From the NCBI GenBank assembly GCA_045544575.1, contig JAZPZG010000075.1:1-50973 (forward strand): a stretch of 50,973 nucleotides of DNA, read 5' to 3'. Shown here in pieces: positions 7,090 to 17,885 of this stretch. The translations under genes and the position numbers were made by a program. Positions within the stretch are counted from its first letter, which is position 1, and each line of letters opens with the position of its first letter. This DNA is from Clostridia bacterium (GTDB taxonomy: Bacteria > Bacillota > Clostridia > UBA1212). The notes beneath the pieces were generated by a model, which saw only the letters and a program-made list of their open reading frames with translations, searched no databases and was not told where the DNA came from.

Positions 7090-9327
7090 ATGTTGGGAAA
7101 TTTTAAAGAATGGGAAGGCTTTGTCGGCGGAGATTGGCAAAGTGAGATAAACGTTAGAAATTTTATTCATCTTAATTGCAAGCCTTATCACGGCGATGAG
7201 TCGTTCCTTTGCGGGGCGACTGAACGCACTAAGAACCTTTATGCGAAGCTTGAAGCACTTTTTGCCGAAGAGCGTGCAAAGGGCGGAGTTCTTGATATTG
7301 ACACGGAGAACGTTATTTCGGTTGCCGGATATGCCCCTGCATATATTGATAAAGAAAATGAGCTTATCGTAGGATATCAAACCGATGCGCCGCTTAAAAG
7401 AGGCGTTAATCCTTTCGGCGGTATCAGAATGGTGAGAAGTGCCTGTGAGGCTTACGGTTATAAGCTCGGCTCTAAAATTGAAGAGGAGTTCAAATACAGA
7501 ACCACTCATAACGAAGGTGTTTTCAGAGCATATACCGCTGAAATGCGTGCGGCACGTTCCGCAAAGCTTCTTACCGGACTTCCCGATGCATACGGCAGAG
7601 GCAGAATTATAGGTGACTACAGAAGAGTTGCGCTTTACGGTGTTGATGCTCTTATTGAGGTCAAAAAGAAGGATCAGGCAGCGCTCCAGGAGACTGTGAT
7701 GGTCGGCGAGAAAATAACGCTTGCCGCAGAGCTCTACATGCAGATAGTTTACCTTGAAGAGCTTAAAAAGCTTGCCGAGTCTTACGGATTTGATATAAGC
7801 AAGCCTGCGAAAAATGCACATGAGGCTTTTCAGTGGGTATATTTTGCATATCTCGCTTCCATAAAGGAGCAGAACGGCGCGGCAATGTCGCTCGGACGTG
7901 TGAGCAGCTTCCTTGATATTTATATTGAAAGAGATTTTGAAAGAGGCATTATCGATGAAGAACAGGCACAGGAGATTACGGACCACTTCGTAATGAAGCT
8001 CCGTGCAGCACGTCATCTGAGAACCCCCGAATACAACGAGCTTTTCGGCGGTGACCCGATGTGGATAACCGAGTCTCTCGGCGGAATGATGGAAAACGGT
8101 AAGACTCTCGTTACTAAGAACTCTTTCCGCTTCCTCAATACGCTTTACACAATGGGCTCGGCTCCCGAACCGAATCTTACTGTTCTTTGGTCAGAGCTTA
8201 TGCCTGAAGCATTCAAGCGTTTTTGTGCGAAGGTTTCGATTGATACCGACTCGATTCAGTATGAAAATGACGATTTGATGCGCCCGATTTACGGGGATGA
8301 TTACGGAATTGCATGCTGCGTATCCGCAATGAGAATAGGTGAACAAATGCAGTTCTTCGGAGCACGCTGCAACTTGCCTAAGCTTTTGCTTCTTGCTTTA
8401 AACGGCGGATATGACAACGTAAGCGGCAAACGTCTCGGTCCCCAAATGGAGCCGTACGACGGAAAAGTTCTTAACTACGAGGCCGTTATGAAGCGCTTCG
8501 AGATTTACCATAAGTGGCTCTGCAGACTTTACGTGAATACGATGAACGTTATTCACTATATGCACGATAAGTATGCTTACGAGAGAATTCAGATGGCTCT
8601 CCACAATACCGACGTACACCGCTTTATGGCTTTCGGCGTTGCGGGTCTTTCCGTTATGGCTGACTCTCTCAGTGCAATAAAGTATGCAAAGGTTAAGCCC
8701 ATAAAGAATGATGCGGGCATTATAATGGATTTTGAGATAGAGGGTGAGTTCCCGAAATTCGGTAATGATGACATCCGTGTTGATGAAATTGCAACGTGGA
8801 TTCTCAGAACGACACTCGGATTGCTTCGCGAGACACCTGCATACAGAGGCGCAGAACATACGCTTTCTGCACTTACGATTACTTCAAACGTTGTATACGG
8901 TAAGAATACGGGTGCTACTCCCGACGGAAGAAAAGCAGGTGAGGCGTTTGCTCCCGGTGCTAATCCTATGCATAACCGTGAGCAGAACGGAGCCATTGCT
9001 TCGCTCAACTCCGTTGCAAGGCTTCCTTATGACTGTTGCCGTGACGGTATTTCAAACACTTTCTCGATTACTCCCGAGGCACTCGGACATTCGGACGAGG
9101 AACGCGTTTTGAATTTGGTAACCGTGCTTGACGGATATTTCCACAACAGAGCACATCATATAAACGTTAACGTAATGCGCCGCGAACAGCTTATTGCGGC
9201 TTATGAGAACCCTGAGCTTTATCCTAATCTTACGATAAGAGTTTCGGGCTATGCGGTTAATTTCTGCAAGCTGTCAAGAGAACAGCAGAAAGAGGTTATC
9301 AGCAGAACCTTCCACGAGGCTATGTAA
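7090..9327 (+). CDS. pflB: Pyruvate formate-lyase (formate C-acetyltransferase)
   Basis: IACCVSAM active-site Cys-Cys, RVSGYAV glycyl-radical motif; AGGAGG RBS before 7090. Confidence 0.97.
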   Translation: MLGNFKEWEGFVGGDWQSEINVRNFIHLNCKPYHGDESFLCGATERTKNLYAKLEALFAEERAKGGVLDIDTENVISVAGYAPAYIDKENELIVGYQTDAPLKRGVNPFGGIRMVRSACEAYGYKLGSKIEEEFKYRTTHNEGVFRAYTAEMRAARSAKLLTGLPDAYGRGRIIGDYRRVALYGVDALIEVKKKDQAALQETVMVGEKITLAAELYMQIVYLEELKKLAESYGFDISKPAKNAHEAFQWVYFAYLASIKEQNGAAMSLGRVSSFLDIYIERDFERGIIDEEQAQEITDHFVMKLRAARHLRTPEYNELFGGDPMWITESLGGMMENGKTLVTKNSFRFLNTLYTMGSAPEPNLTVLWSELMPEAFKRFCAKVSIDTDSIQYENDDLMRPIYGDDYGIACCVSAMRIGEQMQFFGARCNLPKLLLLALNGGYDNVSGKRLGPQMEPYDGKVLNYEAVMKRFEIYHKWLCRLYVNTMNVIHYMHDKYAYERIQMALHNTDVHRFMAFGVAGLSVMADSLSAIKYAKVKPIKNDAGIIMDFEIEGEFPKFGNDDIRVDEIATWILRTTLGLLRETPAYRGAEHTLSALTITSNVVYGKNTGATPDGRKAGEAFAPGANPMHNREQNGAIASLNSVARLPYDCCRDGISNTFSITPEALGHSDEERVLNLVTVLDGYFHNRAHHINVNVMRREQLIAAYENPELYPNLTIRVSGYAVNFCKLSREQQKEVISRTFHEAM

Positions 9328-9328
9328 T

Positions 9329-10063
9329 ATGCCTGTGGGAAGAATACACTCTTTTCTCTCAATGGGAACGGTGGACGGTCCGGGAGTTCGCTCTGTGGTT
9401 TTTATGCAGGGCTGTCCTTTGCGCTGTGCATACTGCCATAATCCGGATACTTGGGATTTTTCAGACGGTACCGAAATTACTACCGATGAGCTTTTCAGAA
9501 AAATTCTCAGCTGCAAGTCTTATTACGGCAAAGACGGCGGAGTTACGGTGTCAGGCGGAGAGGCTCTTTTGCAGCCTGACTTTGTGGCGGAATTGCTCAG
9601 ACTTTGCAAGCTCAGCGGAATACACACCGCTTTGGATACGTCGGGATGTGTTGTCGGAGAAAATGCAGAAAAGGTTCTTGAATATACGGATCTGTGTCTG
9701 CTTGACGTTAAGTTTGATACCGAACAGGAATACAAAGAATATGCGGGAGGATCATTGACTCATACTTTGGAGTTTTTGAAGCTTCTTGAAAAAATGAAGA
9801 AGCCTACGTGGATTCGACGTGTGATTGTTCCGGGTATTAATGATAACGAAGCTTCTGCAAAAAAATTGGGAGAAATGCTGAAGGGCTTTTCTTGTGTGGA
9901 AAAAATTGAGTTTTTGCCGTTCAGAAAGCTCTGTACAGCAAAATATGATATGCTGAGAACGCAATTTCCCGAACGCTCGGGTGAATTCACTTTTCGTTTT
10001 GAAGACCGCGAGCCTTGCCCTGCGGCAAGAGCAAAGGAATTGGAATCGTTTGTGTCATTTTGA
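9329..10063 (+). CDS. pflA: Pyruvate formate-lyase activating enzyme (radical SAM)
   Basis: GTVDGPGVR, CPLRCAYCHNPDTW (CxxxCxxC), SGGEALLQ. Confidence 0.95.
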   Translation: MPVGRIHSFLSMGTVDGPGVRSVVFMQGCPLRCAYCHNPDTWDFSDGTEITTDELFRKILSCKSYYGKDGGVTVSGGEALLQPDFVAELLRLCKLSGIHTALDTSGCVVGENAEKVLEYTDLCLLDVKFDTEQEYKEYAGGSLTHTLEFLKLLEKMKKPTWIRRVIVPGINDNEASAKKLGEMLKGFSCVEKIEFLPFRKLCTAKYDMLRTQFPERSGEFTFRFEDREPCPAARAKELESFVSF

Positions 10064-10072
10064 ATAGACTTT

Positions 10073-10110
10073 TACAACCGCACCGTGTACGGTGCGGTTG
10101 TATGTTTTTT
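10073..10110 (+). terminator. Intrinsic terminator after pflA
   Basis: Perfect 14-bp stem TACAACCGCACCGT/ACGGTGCGGTTGTA followed by a T tract. Confidence 0.85.
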
Positions 10111-10203
10111 GGGAACGTTACGTATATGGAAAGAATTGCTTGAATTTAAGAAAGAAAAGACTTAAAATAAAATAAGTAATATTTAAAAGGAAACGGTTGC
10201 ACC

Positions 10204-10815
10204 ATGAAATCAAAATTTCAATTTATAAAAAGCTTTTTTGTTACATTGACTGCAATTGCAGCTCTTTTTTGCGTTGTTTTTTCTTCGGGCTGTACGCAAG
10301 AGGAGATTGATGAGCTTGCGGGAATTATAGATGAAGTAGGCAGTATTGTTTTATCGTCGGAACAGCCGGAAACTTCAAAGCCTGAAACCTCGGAAACCGA
10401 AGAAGCGGAGACTGAAAAGCCTGCAGCTACGTCCGGCCCCGAAACAACGGCTCCTACGGAAGCTCCCGTCGATGAACACGGAGTGTATGACAGCAAGGAG
10501 GAGGTTGCTCTTTATATTTACGTATACGGAAAGCTTCCCGAAAATTACATAACGAAAAAAGAAGCCAAGGCTCTCGGTTGGGAGGGCGGTTCGGTTGAAA
10601 AGTATGCGTCCGGAAAATGTATAGGCGGAGATTACTTCGGCAATTACGAGGGTCTTTTGCCGGAGGATGAAGAGTACCGCGAGTGTGATATTGATACTCT
10701 GGGGAAATCTTCGCGAGGTGCAAAGAGAATTATTTTCAGCGATGACGGAGATATTTATTATACGGATGATCATTATGAAAGCTTTGTCGTGCTGTATGGG
10801 GAGGAGTTACCATGA
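10204..10815 (+). CDS. Lipoprotein-anchored barnase-family (N1/T1) ribonuclease
   Basis: Lipobox SSGC, P/T/E-rich linker, LPENYITKKEAKALGW, IGGDYFGNYEGLLP, YRECDI, RGAKRI, YYTDDHYESF. Confidence 0.9.
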   Translation: MKSKFQFIKSFFVTLTAIAALFCVVFSSGCTQEEIDELAGIIDEVGSIVLSSEQPETSKPETSETEEAETEKPAATSGPETTAPTEAPVDEHGVYDSKEEVALYIYVYGKLPENYITKKEAKALGWEGGSVEKYASGKCIGGDYFGNYEGLLPEDEEYRECDIDTLGKSSRGAKRIIFSDDGDIYYTDDHYESFVVLYGEELP

Positions 10816-11081
10816 AGACTGTGGTTTTAAATTGCGAAAGTTATATGAACATGGGTGATTTTTATGACGAACTCTCGGACAAGCTCGGTTTACCCTCATA
10901 CTTCGGCAGAAATTTCGATGCTCTCAGGGATTGTCTTTGCGAGCTTGGCGAAGAAGTTTGTCTGGTTTTAAAGAATTGTAAATCGTTTGAGGAGAGAATC
11001 GGTGTGAAATTTGCGGTTCTTAAAAGAGTTTTAAACGATGTTGTAAGAGAGAATCCTGCCGTGCGGGTGGCAATTATTTAG
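10812..11081 (+). CDS. Barstar family ribonuclease inhibitor
   Basis: LGLPSYFGRNFDALRDCL motif; ATGA overlap with the RNase gene. Confidence 0.9.
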   Translation: MKTVVLNCESYMNMGDFYDELSDKLGLPSYFGRNFDALRDCLCELGEEVCLVLKNCKSFEERIGVKFAVLKRVLNDVVRENPAVRVAII

Positions 11082-11203
11082 AACAGACGGACTTTAACGA
11101 GAAAAATTGTTTAAGATGTAAAAAACTAAAGAATTATATTTATAAAACCTATTGACACAACGGCCCGTTTTTTATACTCATAAAAATGAAAGGGGTGCGC
11201 TTT

Positions 11204-11968
11204 ATGAAAAAGATAATATGTGCTATTATAGCTGTCGTTTGCTTGTCGGGCTTGATTTCTTGCGCTGACGTTACCATGTCAAGCAATAAAAATCAAAGTG
11301 CAGCAGGTACTGTTGTAAATAAAAACGATGAACTGACTTCCAAAGAACCTCTATCCATAATTGCTACCGAAGCGGTAACAGAAGCCCCTCCGGAGACTCC
11401 CGGACCTCAGGATGAAGCTCCTTTGTGGTTTTTAAACATTTCAGAATATAATGATTTTATATCAAAAGCTCATGTGAGTGAAGAATTTGTTACTTACGAA
11501 GAAATTCAGCATTTGGGAGAATTCAAAGAACTTATTTTTCACTACAATTTTCTTTATGAAATTTCTGCTGGAATGGAAAATTTAGAAATTGACTATTCCT
11601 GTTACCAATATGAACTTAAGGATTCCACTGGATTTACTTTTTCCATTACATTTGATAATGTTGGTGGAGGAAATGATAAGGGGCAGTTGATTCAGCAATC
11701 TGAGCAGTCTGTAGTGTTGACTAATATGCAAAGCTTTGGAAAAGAAAACGGTTACTTGTGTGTTGATGATTTGAAGTACGTATATAAAAATGGAAATTTA
11801 CGGATGATTGAGTGGTATGACGGAGCTACTAGAATTTATGTTTATGGTGATTTTGAAAATTATCCAACCAACGGAAATTCGACATTCGTTGACTCTCTGA
11901 TAAATTCCCCGGAAACAGCCGGGCTTGCGGTTAAGCAGTTTCTTCATGATATTAGCAACGTCAAATAG
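11204..11968 (+). CDS. Hypothetical lipoprotein
   Basis: MKKIICAII...LISC lipobox; AAGGGG RBS; no recognisable domain. Confidence 0.7.
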   Translation: MKKIICAIIAVVCLSGLISCADVTMSSNKNQSAAGTVVNKNDELTSKEPLSIIATEAVTEAPPETPGPQDEAPLWFLNISEYNDFISKAHVSEEFVTYEEIQHLGEFKELIFHYNFLYEISAGMENLEIDYSCYQYELKDSTGFTFSITFDNVGGGNDKGQLIQQSEQSVVLTNMQSFGKENGYLCVDDLKYVYKNGNLRMIEWYDGATRIYVYGDFENYPTNGNSTFVDSLINSPETAGLAVKQFLHDISNVK

Positions 11969-12094
11969 TTTTTCCGTTGATGTATATTAGGACAGCATAG
12001 ATGAAATTTGCAGGGGACAGAACGATTTGTCTCTGATGTTTTATCCTACTCATTCAAAGAAAAGTGCTGAAATGAAGAAAGTTGTTTAAGCTGA

Positions 12095-13165
<1,071 letters not shown>

Positions 13166-13235
13166 ATATTGCCGCCGGGCAGTAGGCGCTTATATCGTTA
13201 AACATAATTATATTTTCAGAAGGAAGGTATGATAA

Positions 13236-14432
13236 ATGAATATTTTAGTAATTAATTGCGGAAGTACCTCCCTTAAGTATCAGCTTATTGATACTGAGAC
13301 AGAGAAGGTTCTTGCAAAAGGTCTCTGTGAGAGAATAGGTCTTGCTGATGCAATTTTGAACCACACTCCCGCAGGAAAAGACAAGGTTGTTATTAATTGT
13401 GACATGCCCGACCATAATGCGGCTATTAAGGCTGTTGTGGATATCCTTACAGACAAGGAAAACGGCGTGATTGCAAGTCTTTCCGAAATCGGTGCGGTTG
13501 GACACCGCGTGGTACACGGAGGAGAAAAGTTTAACTCTTCAGTTCCGATTACGGATGCCGTTATGGATGCTCTTGAAGAATGTATTCCTCTTGCGCCTCT
13601 CCACAATCCTCCGAACATTATCGGTATAAAGGCTTGTCAGGCAGCTATGCCCGGCGTTCCTCAGGTAGGCGTTTTCGATACGGCTTTTCACCAGACTATG
13701 CCTAAGGAAAACTATATGTACGCTCTTCCCTATGAGTACTATGAGAAGTACGGTGTAAGAAAGTACGGCTTCCACGGAACTTCACACAAGTATGTTTCCG
13801 GCAGAGCAGCTGCTCTTCTCGGAAAGCCTGCTGATCAGACTAAGATAATTACCGTACACATCGGTAACGGCGGCAGTATTGCGGCAGTAAACGGCGGTAA
13901 GTGCGTAGATACTTCAATGGGCTTTACTCCTCTTGACGGTCTTGTAATGGGAACGAGAAGCGGTGTCGTAGATGCGGCTGTTCCTCTCTTTATCATGGAG
14001 CAGGAGAATCTCACAAGCAAGCAGATGAGCGATATTTTGAACAAGAAGTCAGGTCTTCAGGGTATCACCGGAATAAGCTCAGATATGAGAGACGTTTCCA
14101 ATGCCGCTGCTGAGGGTAACGAAAGAGCTGTTCTTGCCAAGAAAATGTTTGCAGCAAGAGTTAAAGGTTACATCGGTCAGTATATGGCGACTATGAACGG
14201 TGCTGATGCAATCGTATTTACTGCAGGTATCGGTGAGAATGATAAGGCTACAAGAGCGGCTTGCTGTGAAAATCTTGAAGCTCTCGGAATAAAGATTGAT
14301 CTCGCGAAGAATGATAAGCGCGGCGACGAGTTCGAAATTTCCGCAGATGACTCCAAGGTAAAGGTGTTCGTAATTGCTACGAACGAGGAGCTTGCGATTG
14401 CAAGAGACACAAAGGACATTGTTTCCAAGTGA
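13236..14432 (+). CDS. ackA: Acetate kinase
   Basis: [41 protein letters not shown]. Confidence 0.97.
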   Translation: MNILVINCGSTSLKYQLIDTETEKVLAKGLCERIGLADAILNHTPAGKDKVVINCDMPDHNAAIKAVVDILTDKENGVIASLSEIGAVGHRVVHGGEKFNSSVPITDAVMDALEECIPLAPLHNPPNIIGIKACQAAMPGVPQVGVFDTAFHQTMPKENYMYALPYEYYEKYGVRKYGFHGTSHKYVSGRAAALLGKPADQTKIITVHIGNGGSIAAVNGGKCVDTSMGFTPLDGLVMGTRSGVVDAAVPLFIMEQENLTSKQMSDILNKKSGLQGITGISSDMRDVSNAAAEGNERAVLAKKMFAARVKGYIGQYMATMNGADAIVFTAGIGENDKATRAACCENLEALGIKIDLAKNDKRGDEFEISADDSKVKVFVIATNEELAIARDTKDIVSK

Positions 14433-14445
14433 TTTTAAATTAAGA

Positions 14446-14481
14446 AAAGAGGGGAAGGCGCCGTGTTGCGCTTTTCCCTTT
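14446..14481 (+). terminator. Terminator after ackA
   Basis: GGGGAAGGCG...CGCTTTTCCC imperfect stem with flanking A/T tracts. Confidence 0.55.
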
Positions 14482-14489
14482 AGATGTTT

Positions 14490-14613
14490 TAGCAGAGCAG
14501 GTATTGCGCGTTAAGTATTCCGGGATGGGAGTATAGCCCGGGGGCGAAAAGAAATACTGATGACTAAAGCGGTCTACAGTGATTTCTTGCGATGCAATGC
14601 TTCATCCGCTGTA
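14490..14613 (+). ncRNA. Tetrahydrofolate (THF) riboswitch
   Basis: AGCAGAG.AGG...GCGTTAAGT...GGATGGGAG...CGAAA...CATCCGCTG matches the THF aptamer consensus; directly upstream of folT-folC. Confidence 0.88.
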
Positions 14614-14637
14614 TTATGATTTATACGCAGATGAAAT

Positions 14638-14673
14638 GCTCTCTTTCCGTTTTACACGAAAGGAGCTTTTTTT
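14638..14673 (+). terminator. Riboswitch expression platform: hairpin containing the folT SD, followed by T7
   Basis: GCTCTCTTTCCGT...ACGAAAGGAGC then TTTTTTT immediately before ATG 14674. Confidence 0.6.
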
Positions 14674-15225
14674 ATGGAGAAAAAAGGACACAGTTATCTT
14701 GTAATTTTAATTTTTTCAGGTATGCTCGCGGCGATATCCATTGTGTTGACACGTCTTGTGAGTATTCCGATTGGAAATACGATAAGAATCGGCATCGGAG
14801 AACTGCCTGTTTTTCTTGCAGGACTATGGTTTGGTCCTTTGGCGGGTGGTGCTGTAGGTGCTGTTGCGGACATAATCGGGGCTTTGATTTCTACAGGCTG
14901 GAATCCGTGGCTTACGATTCCTGCAGCTCTTACAGGCTTACTTATAGGTTTTGCGGCGAAGGTCGTAAAGCTTGGAGAAAATAGAGGAAGAGGCAGTGCA
15001 GGCTGTGCGGTTAAGCTTTTTTGCTCGATCTTTACGGTACACGTTTTTTGCTCGGGTATATTGATGACCGCATTGCTTAATTATTTTTATCCCTCAGGCG
15101 AAGGCTTTTCGGCACTTCTTGCAACGAGGCTTATTATTGCTGTTGTTGAAACAATTGTTCAAAGTATTATCGTGTACGTTCTTTATACAAGCAAGAGTGT
15201 TTCTTCGCTTATATGTAAGGAGTGA
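14674..15225 (+). CDS. folT: Folate family ECF transporter S component
   Basis: MLAAISIVLTR...IRIGIGELPVFLAGLWFGPLAGGAVGAVADIIG; hydrophobic; under a THF riboswitch. Confidence 0.9.
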   Translation: MEKKGHSYLVILIFSGMLAAISIVLTRLVSIPIGNTIRIGIGELPVFLAGLWFGPLAGGAVGAVADIIGALISTGWNPWLTIPAALTGLLIGFAAKVVKLGENRGRGSAGCAVKLFCSIFTVHVFCSGILMTALLNYFYPSGEGFSALLATRLIIAVVETIVQSIIVYVLYTSKSVSSLICKE

Positions 15226-15231
15226 CGGCTC

Positions 15232-16506
15232 ATGACACTTGATGAATGTATGAAATACATCGGAGAAGCGGCAAGACTTGGAAGTAAGCCCGGGCTTTCC
15301 AGAATAAAAGAGCTTCTTGAAAGAATAGGGAATCCCCAGAAAAGTTTAAAATTTGTCCATATTGTCGGAACCAATGGCAAGGGCTCCGTAAACACCATGA
15401 TTTCTTCCTGCCTGACGGCGGGTGGATTTCGGGTCGGAAGCTTTGTTTCGCCGTATATTGTAACGTTTAATGAACAGATAAGACTTGACGGCGTACCGAT
15501 TCCAGATGAGGATTTGTGCCGTGTTACGGAGAAAATCAAAGAAGCAGCAGATAAGATGGAGGATTTGCCTACTGAGTTTGAAATTGTAACTGCGGCAGGC
15601 TTTGAATATTTTAAAGAGTGCGGTTGCGATATCGTGGTGCTTGAAGCCGGAATGGGAGGCGCGCTTGACTCCACAAATGTGATTGATGTTCCTATTCTAT
15701 CTGTTTTTACGGCAATATCACTTGACCACAAAACACTGCTTGGCGATACCGTAGAGAAAATTGCACGTACGAAGGCGGGAATTTTGAAGAAAGGCACAAA
15801 AGCCGTCTTTTACGGTGAAGAGACGGCGGCAATTTCCGTACTTGCAGAGGAATGTGAAAAAAAGAACGTTCCTCTCGTGATACCCGACAGAAAAAAACTA
15901 AACATTAAAAAAAGCGACGTACACGGGTCTTTGTTTGATTATAAGCAATACCGAGACGTTAAGCTTTCGCTTATAGGGATGCATCAAGTGTATAATGCAA
16001 TTACCGCAATAGAAGCGTTGGAAATACTTGCAGACAAAGGCTTTGCTGTAAATGAGAATGCATTGTATGGTGCTTTTTCAAGGCTGTGCTGGCCCGGAAG
16101 ATTTGAAATATTAGAGAAAAAACCGCTTGTCATTTTTGACGGAGCGCATAATATTAACGGCGTTACAGGACTTGTTGAAAACATAAAACAATTTTTCCCC
16201 GGAAAGAAAATTGTAATGCTGATGGGTGTCATGGCGGATAAAGACTACGCAGAGATGCTTGATATGTTAGTTCCGCTGTGTAAGTATGCGTATGCAGTGA
16301 AGCCGGAAAATCCAAGGGCACTGAGTGCGGAAAGACTTGCAGAAGAAATAAAAAAGCGGGGGGTAGATGCCAAGCCCACAGAACTGTCTCCTGCAGATTT
16401 CAATAAAATCAGACAAGAGCTTGCATGTGATGACGTATTGCTGCTGGTTGGTTCGCTTTATATGTATAGGGAAGCGGTAAAAGCCCTTAAATGCGAAGAA
16501 AAATGA
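15232..16506 (+). CDS. folC: Folylpolyglutamate synthase/dihydrofolate synthase
   Basis: HIVGTNGKGS, PTEFE, LEAGMGGALDSTN, WPGRFE, DGAHN. Confidence 0.95.
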   Translation: MTLDECMKYIGEAARLGSKPGLSRIKELLERIGNPQKSLKFVHIVGTNGKGSVNTMISSCLTAGGFRVGSFVSPYIVTFNEQIRLDGVPIPDEDLCRVTEKIKEAADKMEDLPTEFEIVTAAGFEYFKECGCDIVVLEAGMGGALDSTNVIDVPILSVFTAISLDHKTLLGDTVEKIARTKAGILKKGTKAVFYGEETAAISVLAEECEKKNVPLVIPDRKKLNIKKSDVHGSLFDYKQYRDVKLSLIGMHQVYNAITAIEALEILADKGFAVNENALYGAFSRLCWPGRFEILEKKPLVIFDGAHNINGVTGLVENIKQFFPGKKIVMLMGVMADKDYAEMLDMLVPLCKYAYAVKPENPRALSAERLAEEIKKRGVDAKPTELSPADFNKIRQELACDDVLLLVGSLYMYREAVKALKCEEK

Positions 16507-16584
16507 GTATTTAAATTAGCTCTTTTCATTATTAAAATTCTTTGGTAAAATATATATGATTGAATATAAAAGGAGTTGTTTTCC

Positions 16585-17274
16585 GTGAGAAAAAATATAA
16601 GCGTTGCAATTGACGGTCCCGGCGGAGCAGGTAAAAGTACCATTGCAAAAGCCGTTGCGGCAAAAAAAGGTTTGATTTACCTTGACACCGGAGCTATGTA
16701 CAGGTCTCTTGCGTTGTATGCAATTCGTGCGGGTGTTGATTTTTCGGATGGAGTGAGCGAGGAGGATCGTAAAAAGGTAAACGAGCTTCTTAAGACGTTT
16801 GCTCTCGATATAAAATATATAGACGGAGTTCAGCATATGTTTGTAAACGGCGAGGACATTACGGGACTTATCCGAACTCCCGAGGTATCTATGGGTGCTT
16901 CAAGGGTTTCCGCAATTCCCGAGGTTCGTGTTCAGCTTGTGGAAATGCAGCGAAACATGGGAAAATCTGCTGATATTATAATGGACGGCAGAGATATAGG
17001 AACTCACGTTTTAAAGGATGCCACCGTAAAAATTTTCCTTACTGCTTCTGCCGAGGCAAGGGCGAAGAGAAGATACGATGAGCTTGTTGCAAAAGGCTCA
17101 GACGTTGATTACGATACCGTTTATCGTGAACTCGTAGAGCGTGATAAAGGCGATATGACAAGAGCGGCATCTCCGCTTGTAAAGGCTGACGATGCGATAT
17201 TACTTGATACTACGGAAATGACACTTGAAGAGTCGATTGCAGCGGTACTTAAGCTTGTGGAGGAAAAAGCATGA
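16585..17274 (+). CDS. cmk: Cytidylate kinase
   Basis: AIDGPGGAGKST, YLDTGAMYR, MDGRDIGT; GTG start spaced properly from AAGGAG. Confidence 0.96.
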   Translation: MRKNISVAIDGPGGAGKSTIAKAVAAKKGLIYLDTGAMYRSLALYAIRAGVDFSDGVSEEDRKKVNELLKTFALDIKYIDGVQHMFVNGEDITGLIRTPEVSMGASRVSAIPEVRVQLVEMQRNMGKSADIIMDGRDIGTHVLKDATVKIFLTASAEARAKRRYDELVAKGSDVDYDTVYRELVERDKGDMTRAASPLVKADDAILLDTTEMTLEESIAAVLKLVEEKA

Positions 17275-17885
17275 AAATTATAATTGAGATTGGCAGGGCG
17301 ATATGCCGGGTGCTGTTTCATACAATTATAAGGGTAAAGGTCAGCGGTGTTGAAAACGTGCCGAAAAAGGGCGGCGTGATAATTGCCGCAAACCACGTCA
17401 CCGCGATAGACGTTATATTTTTGGAATATAAGCTGAAAAGGCATATAAGATGGATGTCTAAGGCAGAGCTGTTTGAAAAGAAGCTTGTAGGCTGGTTTTT
17501 GCGGAAGCTCGGTGCATTTCCCGTAAAAAGAGGCACGTTGGATATTACGGCTGCCAAGACTACTTTTGAACTTCTTGAAAAAGGAGAAGTGTTTGGTATT
17601 TTTCCGCAAGGCACACGTTCCAAGGATTTTTCAAACCCCAAAAAAGCACGACACGGCGTTACCAAATTTGCAGTTGAGGCGGGTGTGCCCGTAGTGCCGG
17701 TAGCAATAAGCGGAAAATTTAAGCTTTTCGGAAAAATTTATGTCAGATACGGCAAGCCTGTTTTCTTTGAGAAAAAGAAGGACGGCTCTGCATATTCAAA
17801 GAATGAGTATACTGAGATGGCACAAGAGATGCTGGACGGTATCTATGACATGATGGAGGAAAATCATGGAGATAATAAAGGCTAA
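17271..17885 (+). CDS. plsC: 1-acyl-sn-glycerol-3-phosphate acyltransferase
   Basis: ANH-x4-D, FPVKRG, IFPQGTRS. Confidence 0.92.
   Translation: MKIIIEIGRAICRVLFHTIIRVKVSGVENVPKKGGVIIAANHVTAIDVIFLEYKLKRHIRWMSKAELFEKKLVGWFLRKLGAFPVKRGTLDITAAKTTFELLEKGEVFGIFPQGTRSKDFSNPKKARHGVTKFAVEAGVPVVPVAISGKFKLFGKIYVRYGKPVFFEKKKDGSAYSKNEYTEMAQEMLDGIYDMMEENHGDNKG

Noticed and set aside
7063-9112. Long antisense or overlapping ORFs in the track (e.g. 7063-8016, 8398-8859; also 15183-15797, 19240-20091, 34844-35596, 42336-42974)
   Set aside because: Shadows of well-supported genes on the other strand or frame; no RBS and no protein-like motifs.
11985-12050. Possible structured RNA upstream of pta (TAGGACAGCAT...ATGTTTTATCCTA with an inner hairpin)
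   Set aside because: Pairing is imperfect and matches no riboswitch I recognise; may just be the terminator of the upstream lipoprotein gene.
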